NCBI GenBank assembly: GCA_002347685.1
Contig: DDWS01000046.1
Location: 151,772 to 215,771 of the forward strand
Length of the DNA: 64,000 bases
Direction of reading: 5' to 3'
Origin: Syntrophaceae bacterium UBA2280
GTDB taxonomy: Bacteria > Desulfobacterota > Syntrophia > Syntrophales > Smithellaceae
Made by a program: the position numbers and the translations under genes. Positions 27,101-35,504 of this stretch are shown one piece after another. Below the pieces are notes generated by a model. It made no database searches. It saw nothing but the letters and a program-made list of their open reading frames with translations, and was not told where the DNA came from. Position 1 is the stretch's first letter. Each line of letters starts with the position of its first letter.

Positions 27101-28360
27101 AATTCAGAAAGTACCGGTAAAATCAAAGGCAAAACCCTGCTCCTTCCCTGCTTTGATCCCATCAATTCCAAGCTTCTGGAAGCGGTGTTCATCAAAGAAG
27201 GCATCGACGCGCGAATGGTCCCCCTCACGGAAAAGATTATTCAGCGCGGTCTGCGCACCAATACCGGCCAGTGCCTGCCTGTAAACCTGATGGCGCAAAG
27301 CTATATGGATTATATCGAAGAAAACCTTCTGGACCCTTCCCAGACCGTAGGCTGGTGTTTTGACAGCCATGTTGCCTGTAACATCCGCCTGTATCCGCAA
27401 TTCATGAAAGGCATCATGGAAGCGGCAGGACACGGCATGGAAAAGGTCGACATGTATGTCGGCAGTCTATCGCTTTCCGACATCTCCATACAGGCCTCCA
27501 TTGAGGCATACTTCGCGCACATGCTCGGAGGCATGTTGCGTAAAATCGGCTGCAAGATTCGCCCCTATGAAAAAGAAAAAGGCATGACGGATAAGCTGAT
27601 TACCCAGTCTGTAAACATCCTCTATAATACCCTGCTGGGCGGCAGAAACAAGGATGACGATCTGACCCGTGTGATCAACCTGTTCAAACATATCGAGACT
27701 ACCTCGGGACACCGCCCGAAAGTCGCCATTTTCGGCGATATGTATGCCCGTGACAATGATGTGTTTAATCAGGATTTGATCCACTGCATTGAGGAATACG
27801 GAGGAGAAGTCATTACCACCCCGTTTAATGAATTCGCCAAACTCATCGCCGGCCCCTACATGCGCCGCTGGTTTCTGGAAGGCGAATTCATGGACGTCCT
27901 GTTTACCAAAACGATCATCACACTCGTCAGCCAGCTGGAGAAAAGCTATTATAAAATATTCAATGAACTTCTTGAGGAACCGGCGCCGGATGGCAACATG
28001 GATTATAAAATTTTATATGATCATTTTGATCTTACAGCGCAGCATTTTGGCGAATCGGCCGACAATCTGCTTAAAATTAACGCACTGATGCAGAAACACC
28101 CCGACATATCGCTCTTTGTGCAGACCAATCCCGCTTTCTGCTGCGCGGGTCTGGTCACCGAAGCCATGGCCGCCCGCATTGAAGAATACACAGGCGTTCC
28201 CGTCGTCACCCTCAATTACGACGGCACGGGAAAAAACATCAATTCCAGAATCAGTCCGTATATTCGATTTCCGCGAAACAAGAAAGGAAGTGCCAACGGA
28301 TATCCGCCAGACAACGCGACTTCTGTCAACGGCAGGGGCACCGTACTGCAAAGGAAATGA
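24116..28360 (+). CDS. Fused double BcrAD/BadFG (HgdC-like) activase plus 2-hydroxyacyl-CoA-dehydratase-like (DUF2229-type) protein; PlsAR / Ger-like candidate ether-lipid enzyme
   Basis: 1414 aa. Two ASKHA ATPase modules (VGIDIGS...SSCAAGTGSFLDQQA and LGIDIGSTSTKA...VCAAGTGSFIEEQA), a Cys-rich linker (CELCHNNCK), then two dehydratase-component-like halves (IGIPNALYLTEEMPLWKHFFATLG..., TLLLPCFDPINS...). The functional assignment rests on my recollection of the plsA/plsR and Ger families. Confidence 0.7.
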   Translation: MLHIVGIDIGSVALSVVITDDCGSLISASYQFHRGAIPETLRAILKNIDIGEIGGLAMTSSGPELFSDILRFDTQIAMIAAVKKHHQDVGSILFVGGENFGLITFNEQGDYEKFRSNSSCAAGTGSFLDQQAKRLNLKCIETLSTVAFCNQSATPKIATRCAVFAKTDLIHAQQEGYSVGQISDGLCEGLARNVIDTLVPDSSIRTPLILAGGVSMNAAVVKHFTQLLQTQPVIGEHSHLYGAIGAALLYLEEAKPAHLDKKSWNDLFVAEKKETTYGYPPLTLTLSHYPEFTTESSQLFNPANGHAAVEVDIYQPLLPIQNVYLGIDIGSTSTKAVLINNRNEVIAGLYTQTAGQPVKAVQALFETIDHIGRLQACEFVFDGVGATGSGRKFIGRIINADLIIDEITAHARAAYELNHEVDTIIEIGGQDAKFTTLKNGMVTSSIMNNVCAAGTGSFIEEQAVKLGVSLGEYAGRALNTPAPVSSDRCTVFMERDINNYLTEGYTVDEVLASVLHSVCENYLAKVAVEAGIGQSVCFQGATARNQALVAAFEHRLKKPIFVSKFCHLTGALGSALILAETAVRNSTFRGLSLYRETIPVENEICELCHNNCKINKVTVQDDTVAFGFLCGRDYDTKHYVGKTKKQYDLIKERSFAFPVEKKQKPIRNKVKIGIPNALYLTEEMPLWKHFFATLGVETISSEGMKNAIKAGKKLSGAEFCAPMSAFFGHVQYLVDKCDYIFLPIYLEAAKNKDEEFRYYCYYTQFASTLAAGIKSLRAKNRTVMPVIDHSSFQSRIELFSILKTILGTGYWEIYNAYEAALSYYNEGRGNLQNVYEREKPADGEISVALLGRPYSIMQKSMNKGIPDIFSALSVKTFYQDMLPADAEDLSEITPLLKRMHWNYAARILKSALHVARTPGLYPVYVTTFKCSPDSFTLDYFKRIMDKYGKPYLILELDEHDSNVGYETRIEAAIRSFHNHHLNKNLRQASTRVLPINSESTGKIKGKTLLLPCFDPINSKLLEAVFIKEGIDARMVPLTEKIIQRGLRTNTGQCLPVNLMAQSYMDYIEENLLDPSQTVGWCFDSHVACNIRLYPQFMKGIMEAAGHGMEKVDMYVGSLSLSDISIQASIEAYFAHMLGGMLRKIGCKIRPYEKEKGMTDKLITQSVNILYNTLLGGRNKDDDLTRVINLFKHIETTSGHRPKVAIFGDMYARDNDVFNQDLIHCIEEYGGEVITTPFNEFAKLIAGPYMRRWFLEGEFMDVLFTKTIITLVSQLEKSYYKIFNELLEEPAPDGNMDYKILYDHFDLTAQHFGESADNLLKINALMQKHPDISLFVQTNPAFCCAGLVTEAMAARIEEYTGVPVVTLNYDGTGKNINSRISPYIRFPRNKKGSANGYPPDNATSVNGRGTVLQRK

Positions 28361-28384
28361 TGGATGTGTAAAGGTTCATGCCGG

Positions 28385-28410
28385 GCGCAAAGCGTTGCGC
28401 TTTTGTTTTT
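28385..28410 (+). terminator. Rho-independent terminator
   Basis: GCGCAA-agcg-TTGCGC followed by TTTTGTTTTT, 25 nt after the stop of the 1414-aa gene. Confidence 0.75.
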
Positions 28411-28415
28411 ATATT

Positions 28416-30029
28416 TCAGCCCCAGTGCCAGGATACACCGCCTGCATCCTGCTGAACTTTTAAATAACCGCGGGCGATGAATTCGGAAACGGTGTCGCGG
28501 ATCAGCCGCGTGTCACCGGAAATGCATTGAGCCATGTGATCGGCCAGCATTTTCGCCGCCGTGTCACTGTTGCCGTTTATTGAAACGGATTCAATCCTCC
28601 CCAGTTTTTCGACGAGGTCTTCTTTCAGCATGGAAAATACGATCTTCGTCCGGTGATGACCGATCACGCGCATCTCGTCGCGCGGCGTGTTTGCGCCTGT
28701 CCCGTAATCGTCGAGCGTTTTCTGCCAGCCTTCGTTTATTTCCGCGTCATAGAGGGCGACAAAATCGCGCATATCCTGAGGTGAAACCGCCGATGTTCTC
28801 ACAATCGCGTCATTGGCGTCATATCGAGACCAGTTATCCGTCAGAATTTCCAAATCGTAGCGCTCTTTTTTCACACGTAAAGTCGTTCCGGGAAAGGGCG
28901 CCAGATAATGATATCCGAAAAAAAAGTCCAGTTCACGGGCAAATTTGTCCGTCTGCGCGAGAGTTTCCCGGGTTTCGCCCGGCAGGCCGACCATAAACGA
29001 TCCGTGCGGTATCATGCCGGCATTTTTACACATCTGCACCGCGTTTCTTGCCTGTTCCAGCGTAATGCCCTTGCGGACCCTTTTGAGCATCTCAGGACTA
29101 CCCGACTCGATTCCAAAACTGATGCTGTCGCAGCCTGCGGCCGCCATGACATCGAGCATTTCCTGTGTGACCGTGTCCACCCGCGCAAACGCGCTCCAGG
29201 ATAATTTCAGACCCCGCTCATGAATCCCCCGGCAAATCAACTTCACCCGTTCGGTATCCGACGCGAACAAATCATCGGCGATGTTGATGCGTTCAAAACC
29301 TAAATTCAGTATTTGCTCCATCTCGTCGAGCACCCGCTGCGGATCCCTGCGGCGCACTTTCGCGCCCACCATCTTTCGACCCAGGCAGAAGATGCAGCCA
29401 TGCGGACAGCCCCGTCCCGTGATCATGCTGACGGGATAACCCAGCGCCCGGTAGCGCGATATCGGCAGCAGATGACGCGCCGGCATGGGAAGGCGGTCGA
29501 TATCGGCGATGAAATCCCGCCTGCCGCTCTGGAATACTTTTTCACCTTCCCGCCAGGCGATGCCGGGGATGTCCGGCCATTTTGCTTTGTCGTTTGCTGC
29601 CGGAACCCATTCGGCGATCGTGCCTTCCGCCTCACCGATGAAGATCAGATCAATTTCCGGATAGGTGTTCAGCGTCTCTTCGACCGTAAACGACACATGC
29701 GGCCCGCCCATCATGGTGAGAATATCCGGATTGATGCTTTTCACATCGCGCAAAATCTTCTGCGCCTCGTAAAAATTCATCGTGACGGAACCGGCGCCCA
29801 CGGCGTCCGGCTGAAATTCCGCCAGTTGCGCTTCGAGTTTTTCTTTTGAATATCTGGAAATAATATAGTCGAAGATGCGCACTTCACAGCCCAACGCCTC
29901 GAACGCCGCGGCTACATACGATATGCCCAGCGGCGGCGATGGGAATTCTTCCAGCGGATAGGGTGCGGCAATGACGGCAACGCGCAATGTCAATCTCCTT
30001 TGCGCGGAAACAGGATGGATCTGATCCAT
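28416..30029 (-). CDS. B12-binding-domain radical SAM protein (class B rSAM)
   Basis: N-terminal Rossmann-like B12-binding region (RVAVIAAPYP..., RIFDYI...). CxxxCxxC motif GRGCPHGCIFCLG. The real start is probably TTG at about 29987, 7 nt after AAGGAG and just past the upstream stop. Confidence 0.8.
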   Translation of the reverse strand: MDQIHPVSAQRRLTLRVAVIAAPYPLEEFPSPPLGISYVAAAFEALGCEVRIFDYIISRYSKEKLEAQLAEFQPDAVGAGSVTMNFYEAQKILRDVKSINPDILTMMGGPHVSFTVEETLNTYPEIDLIFIGEAEGTIAEWVPAANDKAKWPDIPGIAWREGEKVFQSGRRDFIADIDRLPMPARHLLPISRYRALGYPVSMITGRGCPHGCIFCLGRKMVGAKVRRRDPQRVLDEMEQILNLGFERINIADDLFASDTERVKLICRGIHERGLKLSWSAFARVDTVTQEMLDVMAAAGCDSISFGIESGSPEMLKRVRKGITLEQARNAVQMCKNAGMIPHGSFMVGLPGETRETLAQTDKFARELDFFFGYHYLAPFPGTTLRVKKERYDLEILTDNWSRYDANDAIVRTSAVSPQDMRDFVALYDAEINEGWQKTLDDYGTGANTPRDEMRVIGHHRTKIVFSMLKEDLVEKLGRIESVSINGNSDTAAKMLADHMAQCISGDTRLIRDTVSEFIARGYLKVQQDAGGVSWHWG

Positions 30030-30733
30030 CCGAACAGCGAGTTTTTTTCGCGCATCGACCGTTCAATCATATCGTAAAATTCAGCCATTTTCTTTGGATC
30101 GGCCATCCACTGAGATCGCGACTTAATCGGCCTGTCCACTTCGAGATATCTGACCACGGAAGCGGGATTCCCGGCGGCAATCGCGTTGGCGGGAATGTCC
30201 TTGACCACGATGGAACCCGCGCCAATGACCGCGTTTTCCCCGATATGAACCCCCTTGCAAACCATCGCGCTGTCTCCAATCCACACATTTTTGCCGATAT
30301 GGACTTCTTGTGTGTTCCCGATGGATGCGCTTCGGTCATAAAGATCGTGCCAGTCAGCATCGGTAATGCAGACATTCTGGGCCAGCATGCAGTCATCGCC
30401 GATGATGACACCCGTGGCCGCCATGATTCTTGTCCCGGGGCAGATCAGGCAATGCCTGCCGATTTCAACCCTGCCGAACTGTTCATTCGCCGTCCAGGAC
30501 GTTAGACGGATTCGCTTTTCCGGGGTAGCAATCAATGTCGTGTGATCCCCAATGGAGACCAACCCGCCGTAAATTTCCACTCCCCATGGCTTCATAAAGA
30601 CCAGGTTGCGGCCGAAATATTCACATTGCGGGGCAAGGAAATGCTGGGCGTACCACTTTTCAAATTTGTAGCTTAATTTTTTAAGATAATATGGCCGATG
30701 ATCATGTCTCAATGTGATAAACCCTGAAACCAC
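29990..30733 (-). CDS. Left-handed beta-helix (hexapeptide repeat) acyl/acetyltransferase
   Basis: 247 aa. Repeated [LIV]G-x4 hexapeptides (IGDHTTLIA, IGRHCLICPG, IGDDCMLAQNV, IGKNVWIGDSAMV, IGENAVIGAGSIV). Confidence 0.8.
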   Translation of the reverse strand: MVSGFITLRHDHRPYYLKKLSYKFEKWYAQHFLAPQCEYFGRNLVFMKPWGVEIYGGLVSIGDHTTLIATPEKRIRLTSWTANEQFGRVEIGRHCLICPGTRIMAATGVIIGDDCMLAQNVCITDADWHDLYDRSASIGNTQEVHIGKNVWIGDSAMVCKGVHIGENAVIGAGSIVVKDIPANAIAAGNPASVVRYLEVDRPIKSRSQWMADPKKMAEFYDMIERSMREKNSLFGWIRSILFPRKGD

Positions 30734-30810
30734 TTCTTGCGTTGATTTGCAAAGACGCTGTAACCCATGTCCCTGATGTTTTATTCGCCGTCGTCATCTG
30801 TATTGCCGCG

Positions 30811-31860
30811 TCACTCACCTATATACAACGACGCTTGCTCCCGCCAATACTGATGGTTAAACAGGCCTGCGGCAGGCGTTATCTTGTTGATGGCGTCCCA
30901 TGCCATGAGGACCGCCGCGGCCGTCCAGCTGGTTTTCTCTTCCGGCCAGATAACGCTGTCCGGAAATGTCACACCCATCCAGTAGGACCCGTCCGGGTAA
31001 CGCTTATCGGACAGCCAGCTGAAGATGGTTCTCGCCCGGGTATCATCTCCAATCGCCGCAAGCGTCATGATGAGTTCGGATGATTCCGCCATCGTCACCC
31101 AGGGGCGATCGCTTACGCAGCGCACGCCCCAGTCAGGCACGACAAACTTCTCCCAAAGGTGACTGATTCGTTTTACGGCATCATCACCACTGAGGGCCCC
31201 GCACAAAACAGGGTAATACCAGTCCATCGAAAAACGGGATTTGATCATATTGAAAAGATCAGGACGGGTGCGAATCGCTGTTCCCAAACGTTCCTGGGCG
31301 GCCTGCCATGCGGACCGCTTCTTGCCCAGAATCCTGGCCACGGCAACCGCGCATTTGATGCTCATGTATATGGAACTGCACCCGGTCAGCAAAGACATCC
31401 GGTCTATGGCTCCTTCACGGTTTCTTGCCCAGTAGATTTCGCCGTTGGGCGTCTGCATGTTGATTGCGTACTGAATTCCCCGGGACAACACAGGCCACAT
31501 GGTTTTTAGAAAATCAAGGTCACCCGTGATCAGATAGTGATGGTATACGCCTACCGCCAGATAAGCGGCAAAGTTCGTTTCCTTGTTGTGATTGATAATC
31601 TCCCCGTCTTTGGTTTCCGACCACCAGCTGCCGTCGGGCAGCTGCGAAGAGGCCATCCATTGATAGGCGCTCTCGGCCTGAGGATAATAACCGGCGATAC
31701 TCAACCCCATGGCGCTTTCCACATGATCCCACGGATCGGTCTTCCCGCCGATCGACCAGGGAATCTCCCCGCTTTCCTTTTGCATCGATGTGATAAAATC
31801 AGCGATTTTTTCCACCTCAATGGGTTTGATCTGTTCACTCAATGATATATTCAATTCCAT
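30811..31860 (-). CDS. Alpha/alpha-toroid protein (prenyltransferase / terpene-cyclase-repeat-like, or six-hairpin glycosidase-like)
   Basis: 349 aa. Repeated aromatic and Asp-Gly-rich motifs (QKESGEIPWS, QLPDGSWW, QTPNGEIYW, RYPDGSYW) typical of prenyltransferase/squalene-oxidase repeats. Confidence 0.55.
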   Translation of the reverse strand: MELNISLSEQIKPIEVEKIADFITSMQKESGEIPWSIGGKTDPWDHVESAMGLSIAGYYPQAESAYQWMASSQLPDGSWWSETKDGEIINHNKETNFAAYLAVGVYHHYLITGDLDFLKTMWPVLSRGIQYAINMQTPNGEIYWARNREGAIDRMSLLTGCSSIYMSIKCAVAVARILGKKRSAWQAAQERLGTAIRTRPDLFNMIKSRFSMDWYYPVLCGALSGDDAVKRISHLWEKFVVPDWGVRCVSDRPWVTMAESSELIMTLAAIGDDTRARTIFSWLSDKRYPDGSYWMGVTFPDSVIWPEEKTSWTAAAVLMAWDAINKITPAAGLFNHQYWREQASLYIGE

Positions 31861-31864
31861 GGTC

Positions 31865-32566
31865 TTATCCTTTTTTCAGATAATAAACGATACTCTTACC
31901 CATCAGCGGGTTTAAGAGCTCTTCCAGCAGCCGCACCAAACGCGGTTTTTTCATAATATCCCATTCGAGAAACTTCTTATAAAGCCGAATCAGTATATTT
32001 CTTTCATTTTTCAGACCCACCAGGCACTTGAGCCACCAGTAGGGCGCATGCAGGGCATGCTTGTAGTTGATCTTCCAGCAGGTGGTGCCCTGTTTGGAGA
32101 GCATCTTTTGCAGCTTTTTCTTTTTGTAAATGCGGATATGGCCGCCTTCCTCATGGTAGTAGGCCGATGATATCAGCCAGCAGATTCTTTCTGAAAAATA
32201 GCGCGGCACACTGACGACCAGGTCGCCCTTCGGTTTTAATACGCGAACCAGTTCGGCAAGGGCCTTTTCGTGTTCGGGGATGTGTTCTAATACCTCCGAA
32301 CAGATCACACAGTCAAATACCGCATCGTCAAACGGCAGGACATTGATATCGGCACAGGCAACATGAAAGTCATGAGACAATGCGTCCGGCATCGTTTTCA
32401 GGCCTTGAATCGCCTCTTTGACATCGGCTTCATTCCGGTCGATGCCGAATATTTTTAAATCCGGCAGCTTCGCCAGTGCGCGCAGATGCCTGCCGCTGCC
32501 GCAGCCGGCATCAAGCACCATGGAACCGGGCTTTAACTTCAGTTCATGAAAGTCGATGGTGACCAT
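31865..32566 (-). CDS. Class I SAM-dependent methyltransferase
   Basis: 233 aa. Motif I VLDAGCGSGRH and a post-I acidic residue (FGIDRN). Overlaps the GT4 3' end by 23 nt. Confidence 0.85.
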   Translation of the reverse strand: MVTIDFHELKLKPGSMVLDAGCGSGRHLRALAKLPDLKIFGIDRNEADVKEAIQGLKTMPDALSHDFHVACADINVLPFDDAVFDCVICSEVLEHIPEHEKALAELVRVLKPKGDLVVSVPRYFSERICWLISSAYYHEEGGHIRIYKKKKLQKMLSKQGTTCWKINYKHALHAPYWWLKCLVGLKNERNILIRLYKKFLEWDIMKKPRLVRLLEELLNPLMGKSIVYYLKKG

Positions 32567-33806
32567 CTATTGCCTCACGATAAACTTCAACCACTTCCGC
32601 AGCGGCTTTGTTCCAGCTGAAAACCGATTGAACACGGGCAATGCCCGCCTGGGCGTATTTCTTTCGTTCTTCGGGAGAATTCAGCAGGTGCATAATCGCA
32701 TGAGCCAGCGCCCCGGCGTTTCCCGGAGGCACAATGATTCCCGCGTCGCCGACGACTTCCGGCAGTGCGCCGCCAGAGGTCGAAATCAGCGGCACTCCGC
32801 AGGCCATCGCCTCCGCCGCGGGGATACCGAACCCTTCATAAAGCGACGGAACAACGGCCACTGTTGACTTTGCGTAGTACTCGGCAAATTCCTCATTGGC
32901 AATTCGCCCGGTAAATTGCACGACGTCACTCACGCCCAATTTTGCGACAAGATTTTCAATGATGCCGTTTTTCTTCGGCTCTCCAATGACGGTCAGTTTG
33001 ACTGACTGCTTCTTGCGAATTTGCGCCACCGCCTCCAGAAGGAAATTAAGCCCCTTCAACGGCGTATCCGCGCTGTTGGTGACAATAATGGTATTTTCAG
33101 GTCTCGGACCGTTTTGTACCGGATAAAAATATTCATGATTGATCCCGTTGTGGACCACCCGGAATTTATTTTCATCCAGCGAAAATTCTTTTGCGATATC
33201 TTTCTTGGTGAATTCAGATACCGTAATGATGTGGGAAAACTTTCTGGCCACCTTCAGTTGCATCCGGATGAATGAATACCAGCGTAAAACACGATACTTC
33301 TGATAAAGGTTTTTTGCCACCTTGAAATCCTCGTGCTTATCCACCGTGATCGGGTGATGGATGGTTACAACCGTCGGCATCACTTTTTGGGCGATTCTTC
33401 CGATCCCGTAGGACAGGCACTGGTTATCATGAACGATATCATAATCATTGCGATGTTTTTTCAGATACGAATAGACCCGCTCGCCAAAGGTGAAGGGCTC
33501 CGGGAAACTTCCCGTGCAAACATTTAAATATTCATACAGATTGAGCGGACGTACCAGATCTCTGATTTTTTCGGGAATAAAAAGATGTTCAGCATTGTAC
33601 AGATCGAGACTGGGCAGCCGGATGAGGCGGACATTGTCGTCCAGGTGTGGGTAAGGCGGCCCGGAGATAACATCGACATGATGTCCGAGATCCGCCAGCG
33701 CCTTGCTTAAATGCTTGATATAAACACCCTGCCCGCCGCAGGTAGGATTACCACGATAGGTCAGCAGGCAGATTTTCAACGGTCTTGAATTGGAACCCTT
33801 TTTCAC
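32544..33806 (-). CDS. Glycosyltransferase family 4 (GT-B, group 1)
   Basis: 420 aa. N-terminal GGQGVYIKHLSKALADLGHHV, and a C-terminal EGFGIPAAEAMACGVPLISTSGGALPEVV (E-x7-E type) motif. The GTG start overlaps the PHP stop (GTGA). Confidence 0.85.
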   Translation of the reverse strand: MKKGSNSRPLKICLLTYRGNPTCGGQGVYIKHLSKALADLGHHVDVISGPPYPHLDDNVRLIRLPSLDLYNAEHLFIPEKIRDLVRPLNLYEYLNVCTGSFPEPFTFGERVYSYLKKHRNDYDIVHDNQCLSYGIGRIAQKVMPTVVTIHHPITVDKHEDFKVAKNLYQKYRVLRWYSFIRMQLKVARKFSHIITVSEFTKKDIAKEFSLDENKFRVVHNGINHEYFYPVQNGPRPENTIIVTNSADTPLKGLNFLLEAVAQIRKKQSVKLTVIGEPKKNGIIENLVAKLGVSDVVQFTGRIANEEFAEYYAKSTVAVVPSLYEGFGIPAAEAMACGVPLISTSGGALPEVVGDAGIIVPPGNAGALAHAIMHLLNSPEERKKYAQAGIARVQSVFSWNKAAAEVVEVYREAIDGHHRLS

Positions 33807-34504
33807 GCACAGGCCCTCTGGATAAGCTTATTTGAATTCTCAAACATGACGGAAATTTCTTCGTCGGACAAACCCGCGCCGCGGGCGATATTCATCGCCA
33901 TTTTGGCGCCGACATAATCGCCGGGAGTGTGTGCGTCGTTGTTGAGAACCAGTTTTGCGTTATATTTTCTGGCCGCCTGGGCGACATGGCCGTTTGTGTA
34001 ACTGTGCCCACGGCGCGTCGTAATCTCCAGACAGATGCCCTTTTCAGCTGCAAGCTTTACTTCAGAATCCTTGATTAACCCGGGATGGGCTAAAATATCG
34101 ACGCCCGCCTCAATGGCCGCCAGATTCGTGCCGGCCGGTACGGGTTCTGTTAGCGTTTCGCCATGGACAATGACAATTTTCGCTCCGAGTTTACGGGCTT
34201 CGGCGGCAAGGGATGCAATATCGGAAGGATCGACATGCGTCAGTTCCACACCGGGAATCACCTGAATGTTCCCTTTCTGGGTGATCCTCGTGCAGGCCTT
34301 GACAATCCTTGGAATCATGAAATCCAAATTGGAGTAATCCCCGTGATCCGTGACGGCAATCGTTTTGTAACCGGCGGCAAACGCGCGCTGCGCGGATTCC
34401 GAAGGAACCAGCACCCCGTCACTGAAAATGGAATGTGTATGCAGATCAATCACTTGGAAAGCCCAACCCGGATATTTAACAATCTTGTGAAAACCTTTGG
34501 TCAT
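33803..34504 (-). CDS. PHP-domain metal-dependent phosphoesterase
   Basis: 233 aa. DLHTHSIFSDG, AVTDHGD, VELTH, IVHGE, ILAHPG and NNDAHTPGD are the His/Asp ligand motifs of the PHP family. Confidence 0.8.
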   Translation of the reverse strand: MTKGFHKIVKYPGWAFQVIDLHTHSIFSDGVLVPSESAQRAFAAGYKTIAVTDHGDYSNLDFMIPRIVKACTRITQKGNIQVIPGVELTHVDPSDIASLAAEARKLGAKIVIVHGETLTEPVPAGTNLAAIEAGVDILAHPGLIKDSEVKLAAEKGICLEITTRRGHSYTNGHVAQAARKYNAKLVLNNDAHTPGDYVGAKMAMNIARGAGLSDEEISVMFENSNKLIQRACA

Positions 34505-34673
34505 TTAACAGATTTATAACCGGGAGTCAATAAAGATCATGATATTCCTGCATAATAAAAAACAAATAGACTTTCTGGATCATTGCCCATGCTGTCTTCG
34601 ATGCGAGAATCCACATGTTTATCCCACGGCGCGTGATGTTCAACTTTGATATGTGCTTAAGTGTTTTAACACC

Positions 34674-34718
34674 TTGACAAATGTAGCATTTAGCTTTACA
34701 TAAAGCTTGGTAATACCA
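34674..34718 (+). promoter_or_regulatory. Promoter candidate (TTGACA-17 nt-TACATA) followed by a FadR/GntR-type operator TGGTAATACCA
   Basis: -35 at 34674-34679 and -10 at 34697-34702. A perfect 11-bp palindrome at 34708-34718 fits the TGGT-N3-ACCA operator consensus of FadR-subfamily GntR regulators. It lies 30 nt upstream of the GntR gene. Confidence 0.55.
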
Positions 34719-34747
34719 CCTGCCATATTGATAGAAATGAGGGAACC

Positions 34748-35479
34748 ATGCTCGAAGATTTGCTCGAACCCATTAAGACAGAGAGCCTCAAAGATGTTTT
34801 TGTGCTTCGTTTCGAAGAACTGATTCTCTCGGGCAAATTGAAGATCGGGCAGAAGCTGCCGTCGGAAAGAGAGCTTGCCCTTCAGCTTGGTGTGAGCCGT
34901 CCTGTCGTGCACGAAGGTCTCGTTTTGCTCACAACGCGCGGCCTTGTCTCACTTAAACCCCGTTTCGGCGCGACGGTTAACGATTATCGGAAAGAAGGGT
35001 CCATTACCCTGCTCTCATCGCTGATACATTATCAAAAAGGAAAACTTGAGCCTGAACTTCTTGAGAGCCTGCTGCAAATGAGACTGCTTCTGGAACCACC
35101 GTTTGCCCGTTTAGCAGCAGAAAATCGAACACAGGAACAAGTCCGGGAATTCCAGAGGATCCTTGAGATGGAAGAATCCGCCGATGCCAGGAATACTCAA
35201 ATGATAACCGATCTGGATTTTGATTTCCATCTTCTGATCGCCGTGGCTTCGGGCAATACGGTATACCCGCTTCTTTTAAATTCCTTCAGGCCTGTTTACA
35301 CCAATCTCTCCGGCCAGTTTTTCAAAGACCCGCAGGTGATCGCCGCCGTTCATCAATATCATCGGAATATGATCAAAGCCATTGAAGCCGGGCACGGGGG
35401 AAAAGCAACGTCCGTCATGAAGGAGATCCTTTGCCACGGAGAAAAACATCTCCGGCGAATGATTGACCGGCAAGCATAA
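34748..35479 (+). CDS. GntR-family transcriptional regulator, FadR subfamily (FCD C-terminal domain)
   Basis: 243 aa. Winged-HTH motif KLPSERELALQLGVSRPVVHEGL and an all-helical C-terminal domain. Confidence 0.85.
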   Translation: MLEDLLEPIKTESLKDVFVLRFEELILSGKLKIGQKLPSERELALQLGVSRPVVHEGLVLLTTRGLVSLKPRFGATVNDYRKEGSITLLSSLIHYQKGKLEPELLESLLQMRLLLEPPFARLAAENRTQEQVREFQRILEMEESADARNTQMITDLDFDFHLLIAVASGNTVYPLLLNSFRPVYTNLSGQFFKDPQVIAAVHQYHRNMIKAIEAGHGGKATSVMKEILCHGEKHLRRMIDRQA

Positions 35480-35504
35480 CCGCGTCTTAACAAGGGAGGT
35501 TCAA

